Of a DNA stretch of 64,000 nucleotides, positions 1 to 10,829 are shown one piece after another (position 1 is the first letter of the stretch; each line of letters starts with the position of its first letter). The DNA comes from Lingula anatina (taxonomy: Eukaryota > Animalia > Brachiopoda): positions 17,980,001-18,044,000 of the forward strand of contig CM120642.1 of assembly GCA_051362555.1 (NCBI GenBank). The letters are read 5' to 3'. A program made the position numbers and the translations under genes. Below the pieces are notes generated by a model. It saw nothing but the letters and a program-made list of their open reading frames with translations. It was not told the origin of the DNA and searched no databases.

Positions 1-325
1 AGTCACAACATGTTCAAGTGTGCCTATAACTGCATTGTTTTTTTTTTTCATTGTTTTGTCTAGATTTGAATTTATTATAGTCAATCTTTATCCTTAAAAT
101 GATTTTCTGCATCAAAATATCCATGCACTGAGAAAGTACTAACACAAAAATAGCTTTGTTATCAAGTCAAATAATGTGTAGCACCAATTATTTATTTTAT
201 TTTATTTTTATGGGGGGGGGGTATTATCATCTCTTATTGTGATCTCTGTCATGGTATGTGGCTGTATGTGATAATTACTCCATTTGCAGCAGTGTTGTCA
301 ACTAATTGTTCCTTTTTTTTTTCAG

Positions 326-3300
326 GGGATGATGTACCCCTAACAAAGAAATGGAAGAAGACACTTCCAGTTGTAGACCAAGATTGGATATCAAAGACCT
401 TCTTCCAGTATTCTGCAAGAGGCCCACAGTTTGACTTCAACAGAGTAACCAAGTTGTGGTATGATCCTCCACAGCCAAGCTTATCTAGAGGTAAAACAAG
501 TTGTAATATATTAGTTACAGTTGTATGTCTACTCATTGTTGGGTCACATATATGATTTGACTCATTTAACATGTTGAATCTTTTTGAAACAAACTCTCTG
601 TTCTTTTGTTTTAACCAACTTTAACTCCTTTTCTCAGGGGTGCTGAACAAGCAGGCATGCTTTTTTGGTCATCGTCTGTTTCTGTGGATGCCACGCCACC
701 TATTTCGCTATCAGTTCTCATGTCCCCACTCTCCATGTCAAGGTACCTTAGTGAACGCTGGTGTTCACCAGAAGACAAGAATGGTCCTGGACATCAATGA
801 TTATTACATCATAGCAGGAGAAGACTATGAATGTAACAAGTGCAAAAGAAGAGTAAGTTGAATTACCACTCTTGTACTTTTATAATCATACATGTCATGA
901 GAATAATGACACCAATGAAATTATATATATAACCGTGAAATATCTTTATTTTATATGACAGATCATCAGCTGGAGTCAGGGAATTATAGAACAACTGGAC
1001 CTAACTGAGCGCAGCAAGTTCCCGTGTATCCTGACAGAGAAGTATGCCTGTGATTTAAAGGTTGTCAGGATGATGCGACAGAGGACACTTGGGAACAGCA
1101 GTAGTTTACTCTGCCAACAGGTGCAATTTTTATTTCACTTTTCTTGTGACCTCTCACTGGTTTATGTAGAAAATAAAACAACTACTTAATTATACTGCCT
1201 TCAATACAGATAACACTCTCCAAGGAAAACTGATAGAGTTAGGCCTTTTCCTGCTTGTGTGTCATCATTGTCTATTAGTTTAATAGTTGGTTGTGGAAGT
1301 TGATAATTCCATTGATAAAAGTAATATCAAAATGTATGATAATAATAGAAATAAGAAATTAATGTCAGTGCACATAAGGTTTTAATTTATTTTGATAATG
1401 TTGACTTACATTCCTCAGATCACTGAAAATCACGGAGAAACTTACTTGGACAAGTGCCGCCAGTATGCCACCAATTACCTAGACCTTAAGAAAGCAGCAG
1501 GAAAAGGCTTAGTAATAGTACCAGATTTTGTAGACCCGCCTCCCATGATGGACATCCCACGGCACCGATGGTTCATGAAAGTGTTCCAGCTGGATGTCAT
1601 TTCAAGACTAGATTATGAGTTAGCAGAACTCACTTCAATAACTGGGGATATTCTTAAAATTGATTCTACAAAAAAAATTACTAATAAGCTTGCAGGTGAG
1701 CTAACAGTTCATGGAGGTACATTAATTCTTATCTCTTTTTCAATGTCATATAACTTAAAATAAGGTTTATGATGGTGGACTTTAGTTTTAAGATAGATTT
1801 CAGTCAAGTAATGATGCTAAAACAAAACAAAACCCTGTTCTCTTAAGAAATGTATGAAAGTTACTCCAGCCTTTGATTTCTACAAAAAAAAAAAAAAAAA
1901 AAAACATGTAATCTTATTATTATAATTATTATGTATTGGTGAACACTTTTTCCCTTATATTGTGCCATAATCTGACTTTATAGGTGCTAGCAGAGGCACT
2001 GCAATGTGGGCTACCAACGTGGGAAACGAGCACGGTCAGGTGCTAATGTCCGTTCTCACTGAAGGCGAGGGGGAAGGCCTGAGGAATATGCTAGATGGTA
2101 TTGTGACCAGGTACAGGAATGCTGGTGTACCACCCCCAAAAGTTTTGTACACAGACAGAGACTGCTGTGGTAGACAGTGCATCAGCCAGTATTTCAGCTC
2201 CTGGCCATTCCTCCATGTAAAGTATGTAGTTTGTAACAAATTACATTGTTTTAAATTACATAATTATACATGTTGCATTGTGTTGTGATAACTGCCAATA
2301 TGGAAAGATATTAGCACAAATTTTGAAATTGGAATAAGACCTTTTGTACAGGGTAAATTATTTAAATCCTAATACTTGATGGGGGAAATAACAGCAATTG
2401 CTCACTTACTCACTTTTCCTCTAATTTGTAGGAGTTTGTACAATACAATTTTTTATTCCATCACTATTTCAGACTTGACTCATGGCACTTTATGCGCCGA
2501 TTCCCCAATGGCTGCACTACTGACAAACACCAGCTGTATGGTCCTTTTATGGCAAAACTCAGCAGCTGCATATTTAAGATTGACCAGGATGACTATGCAC
2601 TGCTTAGAAGGGCCAAAAGGGCAGAACTAGTGCAACAAGGGGTTTTGAGCCCATCAGACAGCGATGTGGAGAGGCACATAACTTCGGATGAAGTTGGTCA
2701 GCACTGTAAGCGTGCAACAAGGGGAACTGAAGAAACTGAGATTCTGATTTCCCAGTTAATCAGTTCTTTAGATGGTGAAAGAGGTATCCTTTCTTTATTG
2801 ATTAATTTTATATCAATAAAATAAGCTTTTGCACCTGAACAATTCCACACATTTGTGACTATCAGGCATGTTTTAAGTAATGTTTTACATGGAAGATGAT
2901 GCATTGTTTATTGTCTTATTATTTCTCAACATTATGGATTTTTTGAGATTAGAAAAAATTGACTTTAGAATGAGAACTATGACAAAAAGTTTCAAGTGTC
3001 AAGCAAGTAATGATTTTGTGATTCACACCTACACAGGTAAATAATCATTTCCCAGTTGGACTTTTTATAGTCAATTAATTGAGCTAATGTAAACAATACT
3101 TTTTCAGGACTGGATAGCAGTGGTGTACCACTAATAGAAACAACTAAGATGGCTGAAATCTGGGCCAAGCAGAAGACACATGTTTCATGTCTCCAGGATC
3201 CCCCAGGTGTGAAACTCTATGTCAAGGTGAACACGATCAAGAAAGGGGGTGTAGAGCTGCCTGTGTACAAATGTGCCAGGGGTTCTACTTCACTTGAAAA

Positions 3301-6300
3301 CTTTCATCTGCACATGGCCAGATTTATTCCAGGTATGGAAATCAAAGTCTTTTATTGAAACATTGTGACCAATTTGAAAATAACTTTTAAAATTTTGTGT
3401 ACCCTATTACTGGGAATAATGTGTGAACAGTGACGCAAAAATCATAACAAATCACATATGAAAAAAATAAGGATTTTTTACACTTTTCCAGCAATATAGA
3501 AATATTAATCATTTTTGTATATGTTGATTATCAAAGCAATAATATTTTGTAAACTAGTAAGTAATCATATGAGATGCTCAATTACTCAATCATTTCATTT
3601 TTTTTTTTTTTTTTGGTAGGGTCACTTGCGAAAGATACCAATTTCCAGGTGTACCTCCTGGATGGATTATTCCGTTGGAATGCGGATAGGTTGGCTGATG
3701 CAGTCGCCTCTGACCACCAGGGCACTGTTTGTCCAAGGACGTACAGTGGGCCATTGAAGCAAAATATAAATCAGCTGTGGGAGCAAGTGTGTGGACGGCC
3801 ATTCTTTGAAAATTACAAGCCACCTGCAAAGCACACAGGTTTGTAAAAATAGTTTGAGTATATATGTACATATATTATTAATATCAGTGTCCTCTTTTAC
3901 ATTATTTATTAGTGTTTATCATCATCAGCTCAGTTTTCTTCCCGTTTGTGATGAGTTGGTTGATGAGTTGGTCCCTATTTTTATTGCTCTTAGCTAAATC
4001 GCAGCTAAATGTAAGTTGTCAAAGTGCATAAGTTGACTTACAACTTTGGTGGTAAAAATGTTGACTTACGCGAGGTTTACTGTATTTATACATTGTAGGT
4101 GAGCTTGTTGGAATTCAATACCTGTACAGCCAGACAGGAAAGGAATTCCCCAGTTTTGGTGTGACTGTAGCAGAGCTGGTGCAGGATGATGAATTGGAGA
4201 CAGTTGAAACTGGGGATGAAGAATTTGAGGATGCTGAGCAGCTGGTCGTACCTGTGCAAGAAGAAGCCACTGTACAGCCTCAGCCTCGGCAAATTCTTCA
4301 TATCCCCAGTGATGAAGAATACCGACAAATGATGAGTGAAGGTAAATTTTATCTTAGTGTTCATCATTTACTTGACTTATGCAATATTTCAACATTTCAT
4401 ATACACTTCTGACACTTTGAATATGAAAAGCAACGCATCACCAATTTTATGAACAGAAGTGAAAGAATGATTGTGTGTCTGTTGTTGTTCAAGACCTTGT
4501 AATTATCTTGGGAGATTCAGTGTTTTAAAGTCTTCTGGATTAAATGTTTATGCACTTTTGAGTGATACGTTTTGATGATCAGAAAACTTATCTATAATTT
4601 CATCCATAAAATCGTGTATTCTTAGATGCTTTTATATTCACTGCAGTGTGAACATAAATAATTCTAGTGCCTCTCTTAAACATTATTCAATTTAGATCCA
4701 GATGATGTACCCCCCATTCCCATGCCCTCTATGGACACCATGCCAGAAATGCCTACCATTGTTCCATCTTTTAGTGACAGTGCAACACCCCCTCTGGTAG
4801 AAAGTAGCAGCTAGTGAAGTAAGTGATCATATATACATATTGCATATATATATATACGTATTGCATATAAAGTATGCACATGTTTGACACTTTTACCACA
4901 TTTTGTGCAGTTATTTAACTTGATAGGCATATTTAGACAAACGTTTTTTTTAATATTTTATCCAGAATTTTTAAAGGTAAAGCTGTAGTTAAATTGTAAA
5001 TATTGAAATAATTTATATTTAAATCACTAATATGTCTGATAAATTCTTGTATTTTAAGATTGAAGCATGCTAATTAATAAGTGCCTGTTAAAAATAAATG
5101 ATTGCCTTATTATTTTTAGGTTGTTGGACCTGATAATGTGCCTGGATATGATAAGGTTCTGCAGCTTGCTGCGTACCTAGTAGAACTGCGTGAGGTGCAA
5201 GCCCTTAGCTTGCACCAGGCTGAACAGGTCGCCTACCTGTGGACACAGTTGTCCGACTATGACAAAAAGAGGACGGTCTTCCCCAAGAGGTTCACCAAGA
5301 AGCCTTGGTCGGGAAAGTTTGGTGGGAGGGGAAAGAATGTTGTTCAAGGGGTGGAAAGCATCACTAAGTTAGTACAAACACAAACAAATATAGAGACACT
5401 AAGTACCATTTTAGTTTTAATATTATCTATTTGTGTTTGCCTTACACCTGTATGTCACCTTGACATGCAAATAGCCCAGCTACTGTAATGAACTGCTAGA
5501 GTAATGGTTAACTAAAAAGGATCTTTACAACTGGAGCAAATATTCACTATGTATTTAATAATAAATTAGACATAAATTGCTGCATGTAGCCTGAATGCTC
5601 ATATCTGTAAATTTTCACTAGTTCGATCATCTCATTTTTTTCAGGGTGAAACTGTTTGAATATAACCTAGCTTTCATTGTCAATATATTATCCTTAATCC
5701 TTTCTATTTGCCATGTTTCAGAGTTGTACTTGGGCCAAATCAAGGGCCAGCACAGTGGCCCAACTGTAACAGATACACTGAGGCCATTTGTGAAAAGTTG
5801 CTGACTATTTATCCCGGGGATCAAAAGCGGGATGGCCGGGTATGGACAAGATGGCGGCTTGTCCTTGGGGCATACCACAGCATCAGAAAGGTGGTCCTCA
5901 AATCTCAAAAAGTTATGCAAGGCACAGAGCTACAACTCCCCTTGCTTAACAAGAAAACCCTGCTACAATGGTAAGTATAAAATAAATTTCCTTTTGAACG
6001 TTTCAGAGAAAATGATTTTTGACTTTTTCTTTAAATAAATATCAAATGAAAACCATTTTTTGATTCTTTTAATGCATCAAATGGAATTACTTTAAAACTT
6101 TGACATTGAATAAAGATAAAAAAACAACATTTTTGTTCCTTTTAATGCATGAGATGAAATTACTTTAAGACTTTGCCATTGAATAAAAATCAAAGAAATG
6201 CTATAAATTATTTTAATCTTAACTTAAGCTTGCAAGTAATCAACTTGTTTTTGCGATAAGAGCCATTTTAATGTAGGCATTTCACTGTATATTAAAAATA

Positions 6301-6884
6301 ATCTGTGACAATTTGATTTCAGGTACAACAAGGAAGAGAAGAAGATGGAGCAGAAAATCCTTCTGCAGGGCATCAGCATGCCTAAGCCACCTATGACTGG
6401 AAGTGGCTTCCCTGAGGCCCGGCAGAGACCATCTGTTCTGCCTTCTGTTCAGGCACCAGTATTTCAATTTAAATCTCCACAGAGTACTGTAGGCCCTCCA
6501 CGGAAAAAGACAAGGTTTCCCCCTATAGCTCCGGCTTCAGCTTCAACTAGCAGCAACCCTATTTTCATTCTCCCAGTACCTACAGCTACAGCAACAGCTT
6601 CAGCAACAGCAACAGCTCCAGCAGCAGCAACAGCTCCAGCAACAGCAACAGCTCCAGCAGCAGCTACAGCCACAGCCAGAGCTCCAACAAAAGCCAAAAG
6701 AACCTACACCAGTCCGGAATTCATCAGATGTAGCAAATGTGGCCAAAACAGGAAGGATTCACAAACTCACAGATCATATATGTTCAAAATATTTTGTGCA
6801 GCTTCAGAAAATATTTCGTTTGAAGAATGGAGGAAGGAGGTGAAAGAAAAAATGGACAGGGAGAGAAAACTGAAAAAAAAATAG
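326..6884 (+). CDS. Multi-exon DDE transposase, DUF6729-containing / Dada-like; 5' end lies upstream of the window or is not identifiable
   Basis: Phase-compatible GT-AG exons: 326-490, 638-852, 962-1120, 1419-1695, 1984-2221, 2473-2783, 3108-3332, 3620-3838, 4099-4341, 4696-(4796 or 4818), 5120-5367, 5722-5970, 6323-6884. The spliced product has an N-terminal Cys cluster (CPHSPC...YECNKC), candidate catalytic residues ILKIDSTKK (D1), LYTDRDCC (D2) and RGSTSLENFH (E), a DxxH motif LDSWH, and a C-terminal C-x2-C...H...C finger. The family name comes from recalled motifs, not from a search. Confidence 0.8.
6580..6686 (+). repeat. Coding tandem repeat (ACAGCA/ACAGCT/CCAGCA units) giving an Ala/Thr/Pro linker
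   Basis: Translates to TATATASATATAPAAATAPATATAPAAATATA in the last transposase exon. Confidence 0.9.
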
Positions 6885-6914
6885 GACTTGTTATGAACAG
6901 TGTGTCTCTGTTTG

Positions 6915-6916
6915 AT

Positions 6917-6951
<35 letters not shown>

Positions 6952-6955
6952 TTTT
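6915..6955. repeat. (ATTT)n microsatellite
   Basis: About 10 ATTT units; a degenerate version lies at ~7709-7765. Confidence 0.9.
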
Positions 6956-7358
6956 GCAAAACCAATTTTTTAATGCTGCCTTTTGTGCTGTTTTTCACAT
7001 ACATTTTAATTCATATGTGACAAAATAGTACAGAAGAAGGTTCCAAGCCCTTGTAAAAGCAGAGGAAAATTTTGATTTTGCATTGCAATTGGTATTTTAT
7101 CTCACTTTGTTAGACGAATTTTTGTACTCATGAAAGAATTTTTGCTCAACAGATTTTGTGATTTAGTTCATAAGCTGGAAGTTGAATTCACAACAGGTAA
7201 AATAAGTTACTGTTATGATATATTTGGCCCATTAAAGCCTTTGTGACAATCTATTTTAACCTTCTTTAACACCTAATTTTTTCCTCTTCTTTTACCTTCA
7301 GCAATTTTTTTTCACAGAAAGTTTCAGTCTGTTGTAGGTGTGATAAGCTGTGTCAACA

Positions 7359-7658
7359 CATGGTAGTTCAGAGAGCGGCCTTACACGTGGCATAAGGCAC
7401 GTTGTGCCCTGCATTTAGAGAGCCACATGTAAGAGGTGATAGATACAATACGAGTCGCCGAGCTTTGCGTGAAATATAACGAGTGTATTGTCGAGCCGCA
7501 GGCCTCTGTTTGGCTACTTCTCTAGTGAGTAACGGGAGTGTAACAGACCCTGGAAGGCACTCGTGCATGACGTGCTTGTATGTCGAATCTTTGACTTGAT
7601 ATTTTGTCAATGGTCGAATACAGCACGGCCGAATCCTTTGTTCTACGCGCTAGCCGTG
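7359..7658 (+). ncRNA. Putative structured RNA (~300 nt, four arms plus a closing stem) of unknown class
   Basis: Manually found stems: 7380-7391/7422-7433, 7396-7400/7404-7408, 7445-7451/7485-7491, 7505-7510/7542-7547, 7571-7595/7606-7627, closed by 7376-7380/7627-7631, 7369-7373/7636-7640 and 7359-7363/7654-7658. It is a CpG-rich island in AT-rich DNA, with AATAAA at ~7688. Confidence 0.5.
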
Positions 7659-8540
7659 GTTTAAATCTGAGTTATGACAAACATTCAATAAAGTGAACAC
7701 TGTGTGAGTGTTATTTATTTATCTATTTATTTATTTCTTTATTTCTTTCTTTATTTATTTATTTTGTGACTCCTGTCATCAGTCAAGAGTTCTCTTTATT
7801 TTAAGAGGCCGTATACACCTCAGTTTACAAGCTATATCAGAATCAGTGCACCGTTCCGTTGGCCTTTTACGAACTAAAAACTTATGCGTTTTGTATTAAG
7901 TTCAAATTAAATTAACCACAAAATTAAACATTGTAGAATTTCTGTATGTTTTTAATAAAGGCTACCCAAACATTTAATATCTTGATGTAAACTTCATATC
8001 ACTTCCTCCCCTAGTGATGATGTTATTGACACAAAAATTAATAACAAGAGCAATTGTGGTAGTTGTGATTTCAAAGCTGATGCAATCAAAATTGTTCAAA
8101 AGCTATTTGTATAATTGTATGTTAAATAAATTGAATTTATCTGTCAACGTTTATACATACGTTTCTACTCATAGTCTTTAAAGTCTGTTAAAACATTCTT
8201 CTGAGCACATTTTGTCTCTCATCTGCAATTTCGTGATATCTGAAATGTTGGCTCTGGTTCCCGAATTTCCATTTTGTTTTCAAATTCTTTGTATTTTTAG
8301 GTGGAAGTAGAAATCATGTGCTCTTAAATACTGTTGAGCGCCCACTGCTTATCCAATGGAAATTTTAAAATAGCTCATCGTTCAAAAAATCTTGATATTT
8401 AAATCAAAACATATTCAAAGAATTAAAAATCTTTCCTCATCAAATTTATCCTAATTGTATGCCAATGTAGTTATAAAGTGCGATTTGTTCGTTGAAATGA
8501 GAAGAAATCAGGACTATTTTGCACTTAAAGTGTAACATCG

Positions 8541-8631
8541 ATGTTGGGGATTCGAACCCGCTTACTTTTCTCTACGCTGCTGATATTTCATCTAGACGCC
8601 TTGCTTATGAGCCTTTGTGGACGCTGCTGAC
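8541..8631 (-). pseudogene. Degenerate tRNA-like sequence (Pol III B-box intact)
   Basis: The minus strand reads gtcagcagc...ggctcataagcaaggcgtctagatgaaatatcagc...gcgGGTTCGAATCCCcaacat: a perfect T-arm/B-box and a weak A-box/D-arm, but no clean acceptor stem. Confidence 0.45.
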
Positions 8632-8853
8632 AACCTTGGACATAAAAAAAGTTATGTCCAAGTGACAACCAACTGAAAATTACCAATACTTCTCGCTTCG
8701 TGTTTATAACTGTACGGGCATCAAGTATGTAGGACTTACATTTCTATGTATATATAAGAGAAAATTATGTCCGCCAGGAATATATGTCCTAGCTACGTTT
8801 AACTAAGACTGGGAATCTAGGCCCGGGAGGGACAGTACATCATTAAACTCTAC

Positions 8854-8957
8854 CAGGGCGACAGATCGATTTTTCACAGACATTAACAGATATGTCTCTA
8901 GATAAATAGACAGTAATTTGGCTTTTTCCGTTTTTCCCTATATAATCTGTCGCCCTG
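8854..8957. mobile_element. 104-bp miniature inverted-repeat element
   Basis: Perfect 13-bp inverted repeat CAGGGCGACAGAT (8854-8866) / ATCTGTCGCCCTG (8945-8957); CAGGG ends are hAT-like; no TSD visible. Confidence 0.55.
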
Positions 8958-10066
8958 ATTGAGGGTAGTAAATGGTAAGGAAGGCACGTCCATAGGACAT
9001 GTTCCCAGGTACGGAGTTCGGTAGGCCCTCCGTTCCCGGGGTCCACTCCTTTCACACAGAAAGTTCGTGTGACAGAAAGTTCGCTCTCCATAAAGTTATA
9101 ATGGTTAGTTTGACCCAAGTGGGCCAAAATCTAGGGCGAGACTCACCTGTACAAATGGATGGGAAGCGGACTCTCTGTCATGGGGGACTTTCTGGTACAT
9201 GACAAGATGTGAAAGGATGCCAGTGACCACTCGGACTTATGGCAATGTTAAAATGACCACCAGTGCAGTTTTCAACCGAGGTTTAAGGGAATAAAGTAAA
9301 CGTATAAATGAGAAATATTTAATTTTTATGTAATTGTCTTATTTTTATCTTTTTTTTCTACACTCATCCTACTTTCATTTAAGTACTGATAACCCGAAGC
9401 CATGAAGGGAGGAGTCCGTTGTTAATTTTTACCTATTATTTTTGTTTTAGTTAGTTTTTATGCAAAAAAATATTCAATTGGTTCTACTGCCTGGTATAGG
9501 TTAATCAAGATTGTTCATATTACCTGCTTTTTTTTATTTCGTAAAATCACAATAACTTGGTTTTTCATTTATCAGAATAACAGGTCGGTTGATTACAACA
9601 TGTATTTCAGAGTCCTGAAATGGCTGTACATGCTAAGTCCAGTGTACTCACTATGATTCACTACAATCAAAACAACCATGCTCCCTCGGGCTGCCTCAAC
9701 AATGCAGTCACCGTACGCCCTATTACGTTATCCTCGTTTTGGATCAGTGTTCGAAAACACACGCACTATAGTGGACTGTGAACAGTTCACAGCTACCTGT
9801 ACCAGTCTAACGGACATCGTGCAAATCATTATTTTGGGGAGAAGGTATGTTGCTCAGCAATTATCATCAACGTTGCCTGTATATTTCGAAGTCGCAGCTT
9901 AATCTTATTACTCTCATTGTAAATAAAAATGATGAACAGAATAATAAAAACAAAAAATAGTAAATAATATGTATATGTTAATAAGATATTATAATCAAAT
10001 TTGCGCATCACTATCAAACGCTATCCCATATGAACAAGTTGACCGTTGGTGACAACAAGAACGCCA

Positions 10067-10125
10067 CCACGTGGCTATAATTCACTGAAGGTATAAAAAC
10101 GCGAAGATTTGAAATTGCGTTCATT
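10067..10125 (+). promoter_or_regulatory. Candidate Pol II core promoter
   Basis: CCACGTGG E-box at 10067, TATAAAA at 10092, initiator-like TCATT at 10121 (29 bp downstream), ATG at 10158/10163. Confidence 0.5.
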
Positions 10126-10598
10126 AAACAGCAGACAGATCTGGAGCAACAGGAAGGATGCTATGTGCTGCGCCCCGTATCAAGCAAAAAGGACAAAGGA
10201 GTCAACTCACATCTCTTCGAATCTTTTCCTCGTCCCAAGTCATCGCATCGCTCATCGACATATTGTTTCTTGCACACGCAGTCGTCTGGATGATGGATTC
10301 GACGTTTCTCAAAGCTGGCCAGCTAAAACCTTCGCTTCTCTCTACGAGGAATCGATCCCCAGGAATCTTCGCAGGATACATCATCGCCACCTGCTGTTGT
10401 GGGCAATATTGTTGTAGTGTCATTGCATTCCTTGTATTCCAGGTTTCTTTTTATTACAGGTCCAGCTGACATAGGATAGAAAAATCATTAATCCGTTTTT
10501 CTTTCTGTTTACAGAACTCGATTATGGTATTTCTCGATAGAGCTCCCACTGACAACTGCAAGGAGAAGAGGGCCATATCTACACTATAATCTTTGGTG

Positions 10599-10754
10599 CC
10601 AGCGAGTCCAGTCGTGGTATGTCTACAAGGTGGCTGCATTGGGGAAGCACCCAGCGAGTCCTGCCATGGTCTGTCTACAAGATGGCTGCATTGGGGAAGC
10701 ATCCAGCGAGTCCTGCCATGGTCTGTCTACAAGATGGCTGCATTGGGGAAGCGC
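10599..10754 (+). repeat. 52-bp tandem repeat, 3 copies
   Basis: CCAGCGAGTCC recurs at 10599, 10651 and 10703; unit ~CCAGCGAGTCCTGCCATGGTCTGTCTACAAGATGGCTGCATTGGGGAAGCAT. Confidence 0.92.
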
Positions 10755-10829
10755 TCAAGGCATATTGGTGTTTCACTGAGATGGAAAACCCTTAAAGGTA
10801 ACCCGTGATATTTGGGAGAGAAGTAGATT

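Larger units (their letters stand above)
1..8826 (+). mobile_element. Cut-and-paste DNA transposon (Dada-like, DxxH-type DDE group), left end outside the window, right end uncertain (~8540-8826)
   Basis: Contains the transposase gene. Clustered GGACATA/TATGTCC motifs at 8635-8662, 8766-8772 and 8783-8789 end near CCCGGG at ~8826 and resemble subterminal binding repeats. TSD and TIR cannot be tested because the other end is missing. Confidence 0.55.

Noticed and set aside
6580-6686. Antifreeze-glycoprotein-like Ala-Ala-Thr repeat
   Set aside because: Short, irregular and inside a nuclear transposase with no signal peptide; best read as a low-complexity linker.
6464-6697. Minus-strand Ala/Val-rich ORF
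   Set aside because: Antisense shadow of the coding repeat.
7368-7610. 80-aa minus-strand ORF over the structured segment
   Set aside because: Non-ATG start and no recognisable motif; expected by chance in a GC-richer patch.
8541-8631. Functional tRNA gene
   Set aside because: Only the B-box/T-arm is good; the acceptor and anticodon stems do not pair properly.
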